From Tubiluchus corallicola (Eukaryota > Animalia > Priapulida): a stretch of 64,000 bases of DNA. The stretch covers positions 124,001-188,000 of the forward strand of contig JAQGDQ010000269.1 in assembly GCA_030141605.1 (NCBI GenBank), given 5' to 3'. The position numbers and the translations under genes are program-made. Positions 27,172 to 39,200 of the stretch are shown piece after piece (positions within the stretch are counted from its first letter, which is position 1; every line of letters starts with the position of its first letter). A model generated the notes under the pieces. That model made no database searches. It was not told where the DNA came from and worked only from the letters and a program-made list of their open reading frames with translations.

Positions 27172-29933
27172 TCTCTCTCTTTCCTTCTTCTCTTTCTCTG
27201 TCTATTAGCAAGAAATGAAGAGAACTTCTTTAAATTGTCTGCTAACATCTATGTAACTAAAACACTGTAACTGTAAGTATTCATAATCTGTGGTGTAATT
27301 TTTTGCTTTAAATCAAATCAAATCTGTCTGTATGTTTATCTATCAGTTTGTCTATCTATGTGTATGTACATATCTGCTACTTACCTTACTACATATCTAC
27401 TGAGTGACTGACTGACCATCTAGCTGACTGACAAACCAACCAACCGACCGACCTACCTACCTGCGTATATTCATTGAAATGTTCGTAATGTCTGTGGTAC
27501 AAGAACAATATTCAGTTGTAAAAATCTGACATTTAGAAAGATTGAAATATTGCAGTTTGACCACGCTTGAATTAAGAAGACACTTGGAGATTTTATTCAG
27601 GTTTATAAAATGCTGACTAGAAAAGAAACCATTTTGCCAAAGAAATTCTTTAATTTAGTTGCTGATTCTAAAACTAGAGGACATAGTTTAAAATTGTTTA
27701 AAGAGCGGTCACGTTCGTAAAAATCCATTTACTGTGAGAGTAGTGAATGATGCAATAATCTGCCAGCCATGGTAATTGCTGCACCAACCATAGTAAAGTT
27801 TGAATTCTTAATCGACAATTATTTTGCGGAAAAATATGTGGCTTCTATGAGTCCACTCACTTATCCCTTAATAACAACAGTATAAAACTTTCGTAAGAAT
27901 TTTTGTGCGCATGCACGCACACACACACATACGCACACACCCTCACGCGCACGGACGCACACACATACACACACACAACAGCAATACAGCAACAGTGCAC
28001 GGTAACCACAGTGCACCTGAATTCCTAGAACTACAATGTGTAACTTGCCCAAATATCGTATTCTCTGTTAGTCATTAGCAAACGATTCATACGCGGTGGG
28101 AATTTATTTGCATGTATACTCTGAACTAAAGTTTGGACTTTCTCTCCAGTTTGCAGCCATGTGTACTGGATGACTTGAAGTGGATGATAGACTGGCTGAC
28201 ACCGGGTCGACAGTTATCCACATTGAACAATTCAATTCAATTCAGTTTACTGCACAAATAAGCAGTTAACTTTACATACATTGGCAAGTACAAGATAAAA
28301 AGAAAAAATATATACATGTAAAAGTACAAATTACAGTTACACTATGAAGAAACTCACATATTGCTATTATTAGACTATCTATTATGAGGTATAGAACGAT
28401 TAGTACAATTCGCCTAATTGGGTAGATTGCAGTTTAGGCGGTTCTTTATTGAGGCATTCTCACATCGCCTAAATCAGAAATATCGCTGAAAGCAAAGCTA
28501 CAATAGAAAGTCGCATTCTTTATCTGCACACTGATGTAAAGAAAAGTTGAAACATACTTCCTATTTATAAAAAAATTATTAGCGTCACGAAAATGGACTA
28601 AGGTTGAGCGATTTCATGAAGTATTTTCATTTGGGAATTAGCAGAGAGCAATATTTTTCATCTACTAACATGTGCCACAGCCGAGGAAATCTTTTCACAA
28701 CACTTCACAAACAAAGAACCAGTGTAAATTTACTGAAAAGTTAATAAGGGCTTCAGGCGAATTTTCTCAATGTGCGCCATTTTGCAGCGTCTCTGTGTGC
28801 CAGTAAATGGCATACTCTACCGGTGTTGTTTTATAACTTTTGTTTCTCTTTCGAAATGCAGCACAACCAGCAAAGCAGGGCTGCAGTTTATATAATAATA
28901 TATAAATTTTGGAACATACGATAATTTGAGGCTTCATACAGTACAAAAAAGGTGACTGTATGAAGATTGTTAATTAGTTAGTTAGTTAGCTTCGTTAGTC
29001 GGTTAGTCAATCAATTACCGTATTTTCCCATGTATAAGAGACCCTTTTTTGCTCAGAATTTTCACTTTAAAAATAGGGGGTCTCTTATACATGGGAGTGA
29101 GTCTGGGAATAAGATGCATAAATTGTGACACTAATGATTTTAAAGAAATAAGTGCTCTACAACTGTTTTATTTCGAATAATTATAGTTTCCTTTCAATAA
29201 ATCTTCTCCATGGCTAAATTCTAATGATAAAATTAATGTACCGGGTAAGTTATTATTTTTTTAAATATCTCTTTGGTATTGGAGAGAAATCGATTGTTCT
29301 GCAGCCAATCAAGGCATCTGCATAAGCTCTCTGCATGCCCGTCGACGTCATTGATACGTCGGCAGAGGTCAACGAGATGAGTCAGCCTAAGCAAGACGTG
29401 TCGCGTTCGACTATGAAGCGGTTTTGAGCAGAGTGACTCCTCTGATGATGAACTGGCTGGAATTGCTGAAGGTCTGACTCCAGTTGATATTTTTGATGAG
29501 AGTGATGAGGAATTTAATGATTTCTATGATGAATAAAGTTATTCATTACCAAAAAACTTTTTTCCAGAATTTTTGCCTAAAAATTGAAGGGGTCTCTTAT
29601 ACACAAGGGTCTCTTATACATGGGAAAATACGGTAGTTTTGGCGAATTTGCGGTATGGCAGGTTGGGTTGGACAGCTTGGCGTTCTTGGCGGTTTGGCAT
29701 TCTTGGCGATGGGAGTGGGAGAGGAGGCTAGTCGGAACAAGGCTGAATGTCGGCAGTGCGGCTGATATAGGAAAGTGAGGAGAACCACCTATAGGGTCAT
29801 ATAGGGTGTGTGGAGAACCACCAAAACTGCGCCCCATAATTTATTAAAACTGACAGTGATACTGATTAGTGATATACTGATAACACTAACAGTTAATGAC
29901 ACAAACTGATATAAAGTAAATTATACAAACCAT
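16273..29933 (-). CDS. LZTFL1: Leucine zipper transcription factor-like 1 (BBS17, BBSome regulator), ~305 aa
   Basis: Minus-strand exons: 29933-29931 (ATG-only, inferred), 26230-26106, 25265-25071, 22905-22779, 21594-21442, 19970-19899, 19479-19375, 17674-17571, 16306-16273. The phases add to 918 nt. Translation: MVDLGLNSHHKDQIVNYIRF...DLKESRLVENTYTIDEV...ELINMAHTNSLLLRQLFQQAEKWHLKLQADISELEN...ELEKKFSKTAAYMNMKTMLSKKNTQLKDLRKRLSKYEPMDD. This closely follows recalled human LZTFL1. Confidence 0.95.
16852..17466. mobile_element. PIF/Harbinger-like MITE
   Basis: ~30-bp imperfect TIRs AGCTTAGGTCAATCTGCAATGTAACGCAAC / GTTGCGCTGCATCACAAGGTCGACCTAAGCC. Confidence 0.55.
20138..20208 (-). mobile_element. 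tRNA-derived SINE-like remnant
   Basis: Minus strand GTTAGCATAGCTGCCTGGAAATCGGAAGGTCTTGGGTTCGAGTCCC (B box GGTTCGAGTCC), then TGCAAAATTTTTCAGTCT, the same tail as the 1845 copy. Confidence 0.6.
21757..22620. repeat. 40-bp minisatellite, ~21.5 copies
   Basis: Unit GTAGAGTATCATAATTCTYTGGCTCATTGATTTAGTCATT in an LZTFL1 intron; degenerate at the right end. Confidence 0.97.
23118..23258. repeat. (TA)n and (TG)n/(TGCG)n microsatellites
   Basis: Directly visible. Confidence 0.95.
23625..24044. mobile_element. hAT-like MITE, same family as 45339-45934
   Basis: Ends TAGCTACGCCACTG; shares blocks such as GTGTGACAAAAATATA and TCAGTCAACC.TGTCAAATGAGTTGTGTAA with the 45.3-45.9 kb copy. Confidence 0.65.
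26325..26622. repeat. Interspersed repeat, inverted homolog of ~42015-42260
   Basis: GTAACCAAAGACGCTTT, GGTCACCAAA and TGCCAGAAAAG.. are found reverse-complemented at 42045-42220. Confidence 0.7.
27124..27200. repeat. (CT)n microsatellite
   Basis: Directly visible. Confidence 0.95.
27550..27825 (+). mobile_element. CR1/L2-clade LINE ORF2 C-terminal fragment (degenerate)
   Basis: Frameshifted translation LTTLELRR..GDFIQVYKML..TRGHSLKLFKERS..FTVRVVN..NNLP, the typical CR1 ORF2 tail. Confidence 0.75.
29018..29633 (+). mobile_element. pogo/Tc1-mariner superfamily non-autonomous element, copy 2
   Basis: Same TIRs and TA flanks as 6379-6861, in opposite orientation, with a different internal segment at ~29267-29421. 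Confidence 0.85.
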
Positions 29934-30265
29934 AATTATTTCTAAGCTGAGATGTAAAAATCAACACAAGCGATGAAAGTAAGAGTCTCGTAAGAAAGAA
30001 TAATTTAACTAAATAAAGCCACAGCAAAAACTATACACTGAACATGTTATTCATTTGTTTACGCCTACTCTAAGGTTAGAAAGGCTTTGTGAAAATTATT
30101 TAACAAAATTATTTGTAAAAGCTGTAGCTCAGTTCCAATCAGTTAGGTTTTAATTTTTTTCTAGTAGTTTACACTTAAAACTTTATTAATGAAAGTAATG
30201 TAAAAATGCCAAGCACAATAAAGCAGTCGAGAGGCAAAAGTGCATGTAGGTCCCTTTTAGCTAAT
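29934..30265. promoter_or_regulatory. Putative bidirectional promoter LZTFL1/eIF4B, with a TCT/5'TOP-like initiator
   Basis: Divergent ATG-GT micro-exons 332 bp apart. A pyrimidine tract TCCCTTTT (30251-30258) lies just before the eIF4B ATG. Confidence 0.55.
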
Positions 30266-33200
30266 ATGGCGTCAGGTGTGTGACTTTCGTCGAATTGTAT
30301 TATATTTTTGCGTTAAGTTAACATGTTTTCATCAAGTTCTTTTTTATTAATTGTTATCATTGTGTTAGCTAAATAGTCTGTATTATATGCCAGGTTTAAA
30401 TACTTTTGATTCTCATCGTTTATTCTGTGAAATGGAATTACGGTCGCTATTTCGCAATAGTTGATTTGGTTTTGGCATGCAGCAGCTGTTGCTGAAAGTT
30501 TAAATGATAATATAAATTGACATCAGTGTTTTATGATTCAATTTAGATGCATTAGAATTGTGTACTTTTCTGTGTATTTTCGGTAATAACGTGCCGATAA
30601 TAGCCCGAATAACTTCTGCCCGTTGATTAGGTGCCATTTTGCCAGTCATAACGGTAGCATAATTAAATTATTGAGTTTACTAGGTAATCTATGAGCTTTA
30701 CCGTTACGGTCAGTGAGTGGGCGTTAAGCTATTAGCTTATGAACCTATACGATTTTTTAGATTAAACTGTATTTGTATATAAAAAACAGCAACATGTCAC
30801 AGTCGTGGAGTATGCCCCTTGTGCCGCATTTTGGTGCCACTGCTCTTACTTTCTGTGACTTTCTCGCATTTAGGCTGTAATCCCAAACAAAGACTGGAAG
30901 AACATACAGTAGTTTAACATATTTATTGTATGTTATATTGTATGACATATATTATACAGTAATAGCACAAAAGTATTGCCTCAATCAGCGACAACAACGG
31001 AAAACCAACTTCTAGTAAAATTCAGATCATGACACATTGTAAAGCGAAACAATTTTCATAATCACATGCAGCAATTATGGCCGCAATTCGCGACCAACTT
31101 CCACACCACTTGCTTACACAGTAGCCAGGTTAATAGCCCACGATATATTTTTCTGGCACTCCCTTATTCATTGTGACATTAGCAACACCTTTATGTGACC
31201 TTGAGCTGTTACAGACAACTCCTTGCCTGACCATACTCAGTAATTGCCCACTGTGCAATTATATTAACAAAAATAAACACAAATAATCATAAACATTCAA
31301 AAATTTTTGATAAGGCTTATTTGTTATTACTAAGGATAAAAATAGACTAAAGCTCACTCTACAAAGTTTGGTCGTATAGGCGTTACCTCAATTCTTCTAT
31401 CATCATATCTGTACCTTGTGAAATTCTCTAGTATTCTACGCAAAATCAATGTCGGTCTTCTTTGGGGTTCTGTAATAGCCAGAATGGGACTAGCTTAAAC
31501 AGCTAACCAGTCGGTAAATCCTTCCGCGAGGTTCGTAAGAGGGTGGTCATTGACTCAGTGTCCTGGAAATCGTACTTTTTTAAGGTTTTTGAAGTATTTG
31601 CAATAAAGAAAAATGACAGTCCATATCAAGATTTAAAACCAGTGTACATTATCAAATTTTAAAAGATGGCTAAATTTAAAGTTGTCCCAAAAATATAGGT
31701 AATTTTGTAAGCAGCATTTTGCTGTACCCGCCAAAATTATAATATCACGTCTAAAATTTTAACAGCTTGTGTAATATATAATCGCATAACCTACTTTCCG
31801 TCATTCGGTAGCAACTACGTATTGCAAAAAGGTTAGTAATTGAACAAAATTATGTAAACTTGCACTACAGCACTAAGACATTGTAGTCTCCTGAAAGGCC
31901 CAGTATGCTCTCACATGCATTACTGTAGAAACTTCTGCTGCAGCTGAATCTCAGTTGAATCAGTACAGTTAGAGGTACAGCATCACGACCTAAATGAGCC
32001 TGAAGTTTAATTTCCTTTTGTTATCACTCTTTTTCTGCGATAGCAACCTTCACCGGCTGAAGTTTTCTGTCTAACAGGTGGCATGAAAAACCTTGCGTGC
32101 TATATTCTACAGCTTTTAACTGAATATGTTTAACGCTTTGTCAAAAAACAACCAGACACACACAGATTCACTCTATCATACTGGCAAATTCGCTCTGATG
32201 CGTGTCATACTGTTCCACCAGTTACGAACATGCAGTATTTGTTTCACTTTTAAAATGTAAAGGAAAAAGCTTGTCACTGAAAGTTGAAATTTATCGGTCT
32301 TTTTTTTTACAATATAAGATGCATACAAAGATGTGATGAGTGTTGTACTACACTGCTGTTACGAACATGCAGTTACGGGTATTTGTTTCATTATACAGTG
32401 TTCATTTCACTTTTAGAACATATTGTGTAAGTTAAAATTGCTCACTAATAGTTGAAATTCGGTTGTCCTTTCTTGCAATATAAGATGTGTGCAAAAGCTA
32501 TTTTAAAATGCTTATATTTCCAAGCATAAATTAATGGATTGGCTATAGAATTTAAACCAACCATCGTGTGTGTAAAAACTTCTAAGTATAAATATTCTCC
32601 TCCTCGTGCGAATTCCACTAAAAACAAAGAAGTCATGATGGCAGGTATCCAGCAAATCACAAATGTTCCAGCAATCTTGAGCATTACCATTGCAATCTTG
32701 ATATTTTGCAGAAATTGACAATTCGGTTGTTTTGAAATTGCGTTAATCTGTCGTTGATGACGTCTTGCAATTAGCATAATTTTAGCGTAAGTAATTATAA
32801 TTACTGCTGTTACTAAGAAACCACCGATGATACAAAAAACAAAATAGTTTACATTCATCATGTTGAAGATTGAACAACGAACATTTGAACTTGTTATACG
32901 ATGATTGTATAGCGATGCCATTGCTGCAGATATGGACCAGATCCAGTTGAAAATAATCGCTGTGGCAACATATTGAGAATGGATTATCTTTGGATAAAGA
33001 AATGGATGGGCTATGGCAGTGTAACGTTCTAGTGAGATCAAGGCAAGAGTGATCAGAGAGCAAGTGGTACAGAATATCATCGAAACGCTGATAAATAAAC
33101 ACACGTTTAGCGGAACATGTGAGTCGTTTCCTAACATTGTTTGAGCAAGCAGAAATGACAGGATACCATTGTATGTGTCCAACATGGACAAATTAAGCAC

Positions 33201-36200
33201 CATCCAGTTTGAATTGCTTTGCAGCTTCTTATATCTAATGACTGCAATGGCGACTAGTAGATTTGGAGCAATGATACAGACAGCGACGAGGTTGAAGAAA
33301 GCTTTGATGGAAGTGATTGCATAACGTCTGGGAACATTGCTACTGTTGCTTTGAGCAAAAATGGCATTTTCGTTTCTGTACACCTGTGTTACGTTGTAAA
33401 GTACACTCATATTTAAAATTTCTCCTTGTCACACTATCGTCTCTAGAGAAAGTCGATTACGAAGAATCTAAGAAAAGCTGCAATGCAAGTTTAATCCATT
33501 GCCGAAGTGTAAACTTGCCACCTGTCTCTAGACGCATGAACATGTCTGTACTCCATGCACTGTTGAACACATTGGAACCTGTCTAAACGCATCTGTATGA
33601 CTTTCAGCTATTAATAGTATTGCATTGTAAAGGTTTTCTGACAACACCCTTAAAGTCTGTTTGCTACGTGTGAATGTCTTCTGCTAAAAGATGTTGCCGC
33701 TTTATGCAGGAACCTGACAATGAAATTAAAGCATACCCGATATTTCTCATTCTATTTATTGCTATTACTTTGGCAAATAGACAGTGCTGTTCAATATGTC
33801 TTGTACAAACAGCAGTGAGTAGTATCTAAGTAATGCTGCAAGCTTCCACAAACATTAGATCAATTGATAGGCAACTTTGTGCCACTATACTGTGACATCT
33901 CATAAATGATATGGTTTCCATCAAGTGAAGTTTCTGATCATTAGCAGAACCTGAAAGCTCTCTCGCATTGGGCGTGTGCCGCCTGCATTTTAAGTTATTT
34001 ACATGTGCACATGCATCATATTCCAGTTATCATGCATTCTCGCAAGTCTCACTGCGAAATCACCTCTTTTCCTTTTCCATCACTGCCAACTGTGACACAA
34101 TTAATAGTACTACTCTGAATAACACAGTAGCATCCATGAGTTTCACAAGTATATTTTGCTAACGGATATTACATTTATTGAAAATTAAGCACTTTGGATG
34201 CTATTGAGTTTTTTTCATGTCTACATAAGAAAATATTTATATATGAAGCATAATAAGCTGCAATAACAACATTTTGGATAATTTATGGACAATTAGATTT
34301 TGATACCCAAAAAGCAAAAATTTTGGAGTATAATTTGCCTCCCTGGACCACTGCCAGGAGCGAAATGATCCCAGGGATTTCTGTGTTTTATCATTTTTTC
34401 ATCAAATGGTTGACATGTCCACACTAATTAGGCAAGCAAAATTAATCGCACGCAAAACTCTCATGTTGTAGAACTACCGCAGAACGAAACTTCGGCCACA
34501 ACAGCTTTGGTTGATGATCTGCTTAATGAAGTTGGAGGCTTGCACTCTGTTGCCGCCTCCACTGTCACTTTTTCACGACGTACACCTGAGGTAACAGAGA
34601 GTTTGTTTCTTTGTAGCAAAAAAAGATAAGAAGAAAGGAAAGACTGTCAGTCTAAATGAGTTTCTCGCCAAGGACGGCGGAACTGTCCCAAGTTTTGCAC
34701 CGGTTAAGCAAGTGAGCAGTTGGGCCGATGAAGTCGAAGATCAAGATGACTCCGATGACTATACCAGGTGCAGTAATTGCTATAGAAAATAAACTGTCGG
34801 CAATTTTGTACATTTTTTTATACAGATGTGTGTTATATGTTTGTTACTAAATGATAATGAATGAATTCATTGATGAATACAGGCTGGCATATCTTCAAAT
34901 ATATTTCCTATATCTTCGATGGTACAAAAAGTTTGAGAAATACTATGTTATAAAAACAGTGTTATTCAAATTTGATGCTTTTCTTAAAATATAACATTAG
35001 TTTACAGTTACTGTGAAGATTTAAGAAAAATAGAATTTTTACAGGATTTTTAAAATTTATGGTTGAAATTTTTTAAAAATATTTAGATTTCAAAATTAAA
35101 TAACAATTGAAAATTTATTAGAGATTTTTGTATTTAGATGTAGCTCATCAAGTGATTTAAGAATGAAATTTTTTTACATGCATGTTATGTACAAACTTTT
35201 TTCTCTGCCTGCTGCAGAATGGCATCTGTGGTCATTCGACTCTTGGTACATGATACATCAGTTCAATATTATTCAAAAATTGTCATTACTTCATTAACCT
35301 GACACCTTTTTGCTTTGGTTTCAGAGTTCCGATTGACCGCTCCTTTTTACCGACGGCCCCAAGAGCGGCCCGAGGACCGGACATTGACCCTAACAGAATC
35401 CCCACCCGACCGCCCTTTAAAGCATTTCTGGGTAATCTTCCCTACGACATTGATGAAGAAAAAATTGAACATTTCTTCAGAAACCTTCGAGTATGTCATA
35501 ATTATTTTATCGTAAATTTGTTATGCTCCATGATCACTACTTTTAGATGGGTTTATTCAGTGTTTTTTACTTTGTACAGCCACAAGTTTGTTTTTCAAAT
35601 AGTTTTAGGTATATTATAGACATTGAATTGTTTTAGGTGTATTATAGACATTGTTGGAGCAATTACAATCTCAAAATTGCAGTGAGTTTGGCTTTGTTGT
35701 CACAGAAAATTTTGCCAACTTATAATGAGAAATTTATAAGTTTAAAATTTGTTACCATTTATTAGATTGATATGCATTTATTTCAGCTGTAAACCTATTT
35801 TTTATCTAGCTATAAAAATGTTCACCCAGGTAAATAGCGCAACGGATAGTTTAGCAAAAGCTCGCCATTGTGATTCTACTGACTTGTCATCACTGCTTCT
35901 GAAGGCGCAAGAAAACACTACTATAAAAAATTAATTAGTTGAAAATAAAGAAAAGATTTTGCAATTTTTAAGCTGGTGTCAATTCGGCTACCTCGAGATG
36001 GCGGAGATTCAGGGCGGTTAAAAGGATTTGGCTACGCAGAGTTTGAAGACAGGGAGTCTTTAATACAGGCTTTAGCAATGAATGAAGAGGTATGCAGCTG
36101 CATTCACATATTCTAAATATTTACGTTTCTTTTTCATATATGAAAACTATGTGATCAATGTGCGGCAACGAAAAACAATTTCTTTTCCAGAGTATAATGA

Positions 36201-39200
36201 ATCGCAAGATTCGTGTCGATGTTGCCGGCACACAAGAACGAGATGACAGAGGAGGTGGCAGGCAGAGAGACGATGGAGAGGACCGGACACTTGGTGACTG
36301 GCGAGCAGGTGGTCAACCAGCTATACCTGCAGGAGATCCGCGTGATCATAGATATGGTAAATTACTAGTTAAATTTGTGTTTCAATGCCATGAATCTGAA
36401 TAATTGTTGTGAGTTGTTATTAATTTGTAAAATTTTGGACGGTTGCTGGGTCATAGATATTGTAAACTTTACCTACTGGTTAAGTCTAGTCACATAGCAT
36501 TAAGTTTCAGGGAATTTGCGTGGTTATAGATAGGGTAAATAACTATTTAAGTTAAATCATGTCCTTGATGTTAATGTACCGATCTGCATACATATTTTTT
36601 CCATTTTCTTTGGATTTGGTCTCATGTCAAATTTCTTCTAGTTATTGGTTAATGATTCGAAATGTCTTTACATATTTAAATTGGACATTGGTAACTAGCA
36701 GGCGACAATTACCAGTTTAGTGCATTTTAAGTGAACTGTGACTAGTGTCCCTTCCTGCTAGTATCTCTTGTCTACTAGGCTTTGTGACTAGGTGGCCTTT
36801 CTTATTTGCCATTATTCTTTTGCGCAGTCTTTCTAAGTGTAAGATCATGAGGTGTTATTTTAATATGTGTAAGTCATTGCAAGACGGCACTGTTGCTTTA
36901 TTGATATTTTACATTTTGTAGGTGGTCACAGTGATCGCTACAATGGTGGAGGAGGATACGATCGTGGTTACGGAGGTGATCGCAGTTATGGTGGAGACCG
37001 CTACGGTGGAGATCGTGGCTATGGTTACGATAGAGATCGCGGTTATAGTGGAGATCGAGGTTACGGTGGTGACCGTGGTTATGGCGGAGACCGTAGCTAT
37101 GGGGGAGACCGCAGTTATGGTGGTGACCGTGGCTATGGCAGGGACAGAGGCTATGGCAGAGACAGAGACAGAGGATATGACGGTGACCGAGGTTACGGAA
37201 GAGATCGCGGTTATGGTAGTGACCGGCGGTACGAGAGCGATCGTGACGGTACTTCTAGTTACTGTACATACATATATATATATATATATATCTGTAGATA
37301 CAGATCCTGACATGGCTACATACAACGACATTAAGCAGGCTTGTCGATGATTGCTGGAACCCAAATGTTCAACAGTATAAATATATATATATATATGCTA
37401 CAAACAGCGACATCCAGCAATCATCGACAAGCCTGGTTAATGTCGTTGTTTGTAGCATATATATATATATATATATAGATATAGATATATATATATTTAT
37501 TTATTTATACTGTTGAACATTTGGGTTCCAGCAATCATCGACAAGCCTGCTTAATGTCGTTGTATGTAGCCATGTCAGGATCTGTCTTATTGGCAATGAT
37601 AATCTTTTAAATTAAAACACTGCAGAGTCGAGTTGAATGAATGATAACAAAATGCCAGTTAAGTTTCATCCAAAAGTAGGTTTGGTCACGTATGTGTATA
37701 TCAATTAAATGTTGCTTAACTACTTTATTGGCAATGATAATCTTTTAGATTAAAACACTGCAGAGTCGAGTTGAATGAATGATAACTAAATGCCAGTTAA
37801 GTTTCATCCAAAAGTAGGTTTGGTCACTCATGTATTTATCAATTAAACATTGCTTAACTTCGAACCTCAGCTGTTTCCTTTACCACCTACATGTAAGGCA
37901 GCTAATTGAAAATTTTTTTGAGAACTGTGTAGAGATAAAAAAATAAGAATGTAAGAATGTACCAATGAACATCACTGTAGTCGCCGTATGGTGCCTTTAA
38001 TCAACGTTTAGGGTCTTTCATTAAAAGCGTTGCAAACTTTTGCAAGTGTGCAAGAGTGCCTATCTTTGTGTTAACCTGAAGTCACCATGAAAGATAATAA
38101 CTGCAGAAAGAACAAGGAAATGTTTACTTTGAGGCCCGAAAAAGCTATTTCCGTAGAAAATTGTTCAAAATAATTGATTAAAACTTGTGCTACACGTCAT
38201 TTAATCACTAAATGTGCGCATTTAAAAACTTTTCAATACCAAAACTGATTTGTCAGGAGTCGATGGAGACAGCATATTCGAAGGCTATGTAACTAAATTT
38301 TAACTCTTTTGTTGTGCTGTTTTGTAGCTGTTTTTCTTATTCATTTAACTACCAGGTTAGCAAACATTTCTTTTTAATTTAAATTATTTGACCTGTGCGA
38401 GATTTGTTGTTAACAAGTTTGACCCATAATGTTTCTTATATATCACTACACTGGAGTACATTTCACTACACTAGGGAACACAACACTAGCCCATACTTGG
38501 AGTAAGTTTATAATAATGTACTGCTACATTATCAAAATAATATAAACATCGAATTTGATTTTTCAAACAAATTCTTTGTTGAACAGGCTATGGCGGCCGT
38601 AGAAGTTACGGGAGTGGATACCGTGACGGGGGAGATGACAGGGGTTACGGAGGCAGGCGTAGCTACGACAGGGCTGGTAGCGAAGGACGAGATGGGTATA
38701 ATCGACCTGTTGATGAAGGTGAGGTCTTCCCAAATGCTGTATAATCGGTCTGAATATCATTTGCATTACAGTAAGTGCCGCTTAATTGACTCAAAAACGC
38801 CTGGTACTGGACACTTCTATTCAAACGTACATAAAATCTGTCGGTAAATGACTCAAATAACTCCGCATAATTGACTCAATATTTTTCCTTCATGCACTTA
38901 AAATAACACATTTGTGTGTGCCCAAAGAGCTTTCCTACTTTTATATCATCTTTACTTGGCTTTTGCTCACTATGATAAATGTAGAAACAATCATGTTAAG
39001 TACCAAGCTAAACATTTAATCACTTGTTTGGCAGTTTCCTTTTGAAGCTGTCATTGCAAATCACGCTTTCAGGCTTAATTAGTTAACAGTCAAAGATGCA
39101 GGTACAGTAATCAGCCAGTATTCTTTGTGACTTACAAGACAAAACATCGTACAGCAAATAAGGTCATAGAGTTGAGAATTTGAAAAATGGAGCATAAACA

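Noticed and set aside
36693-36765. Hairpin (ACTAGCAGG/CCTGCTAGT) as an H/ACA snoRNA half
   Set aside because: No ANANNA hinge or correctly placed second hairpin/ACA box was identified.
36909-37364. Overlapping 151-aa (-) and 142-aa (+) Thr/Val-rich ORFs
   Set aside because: Shadow frames of the 18-nt DRYG coding repeat; the real frame fits the eIF4B splice phases.
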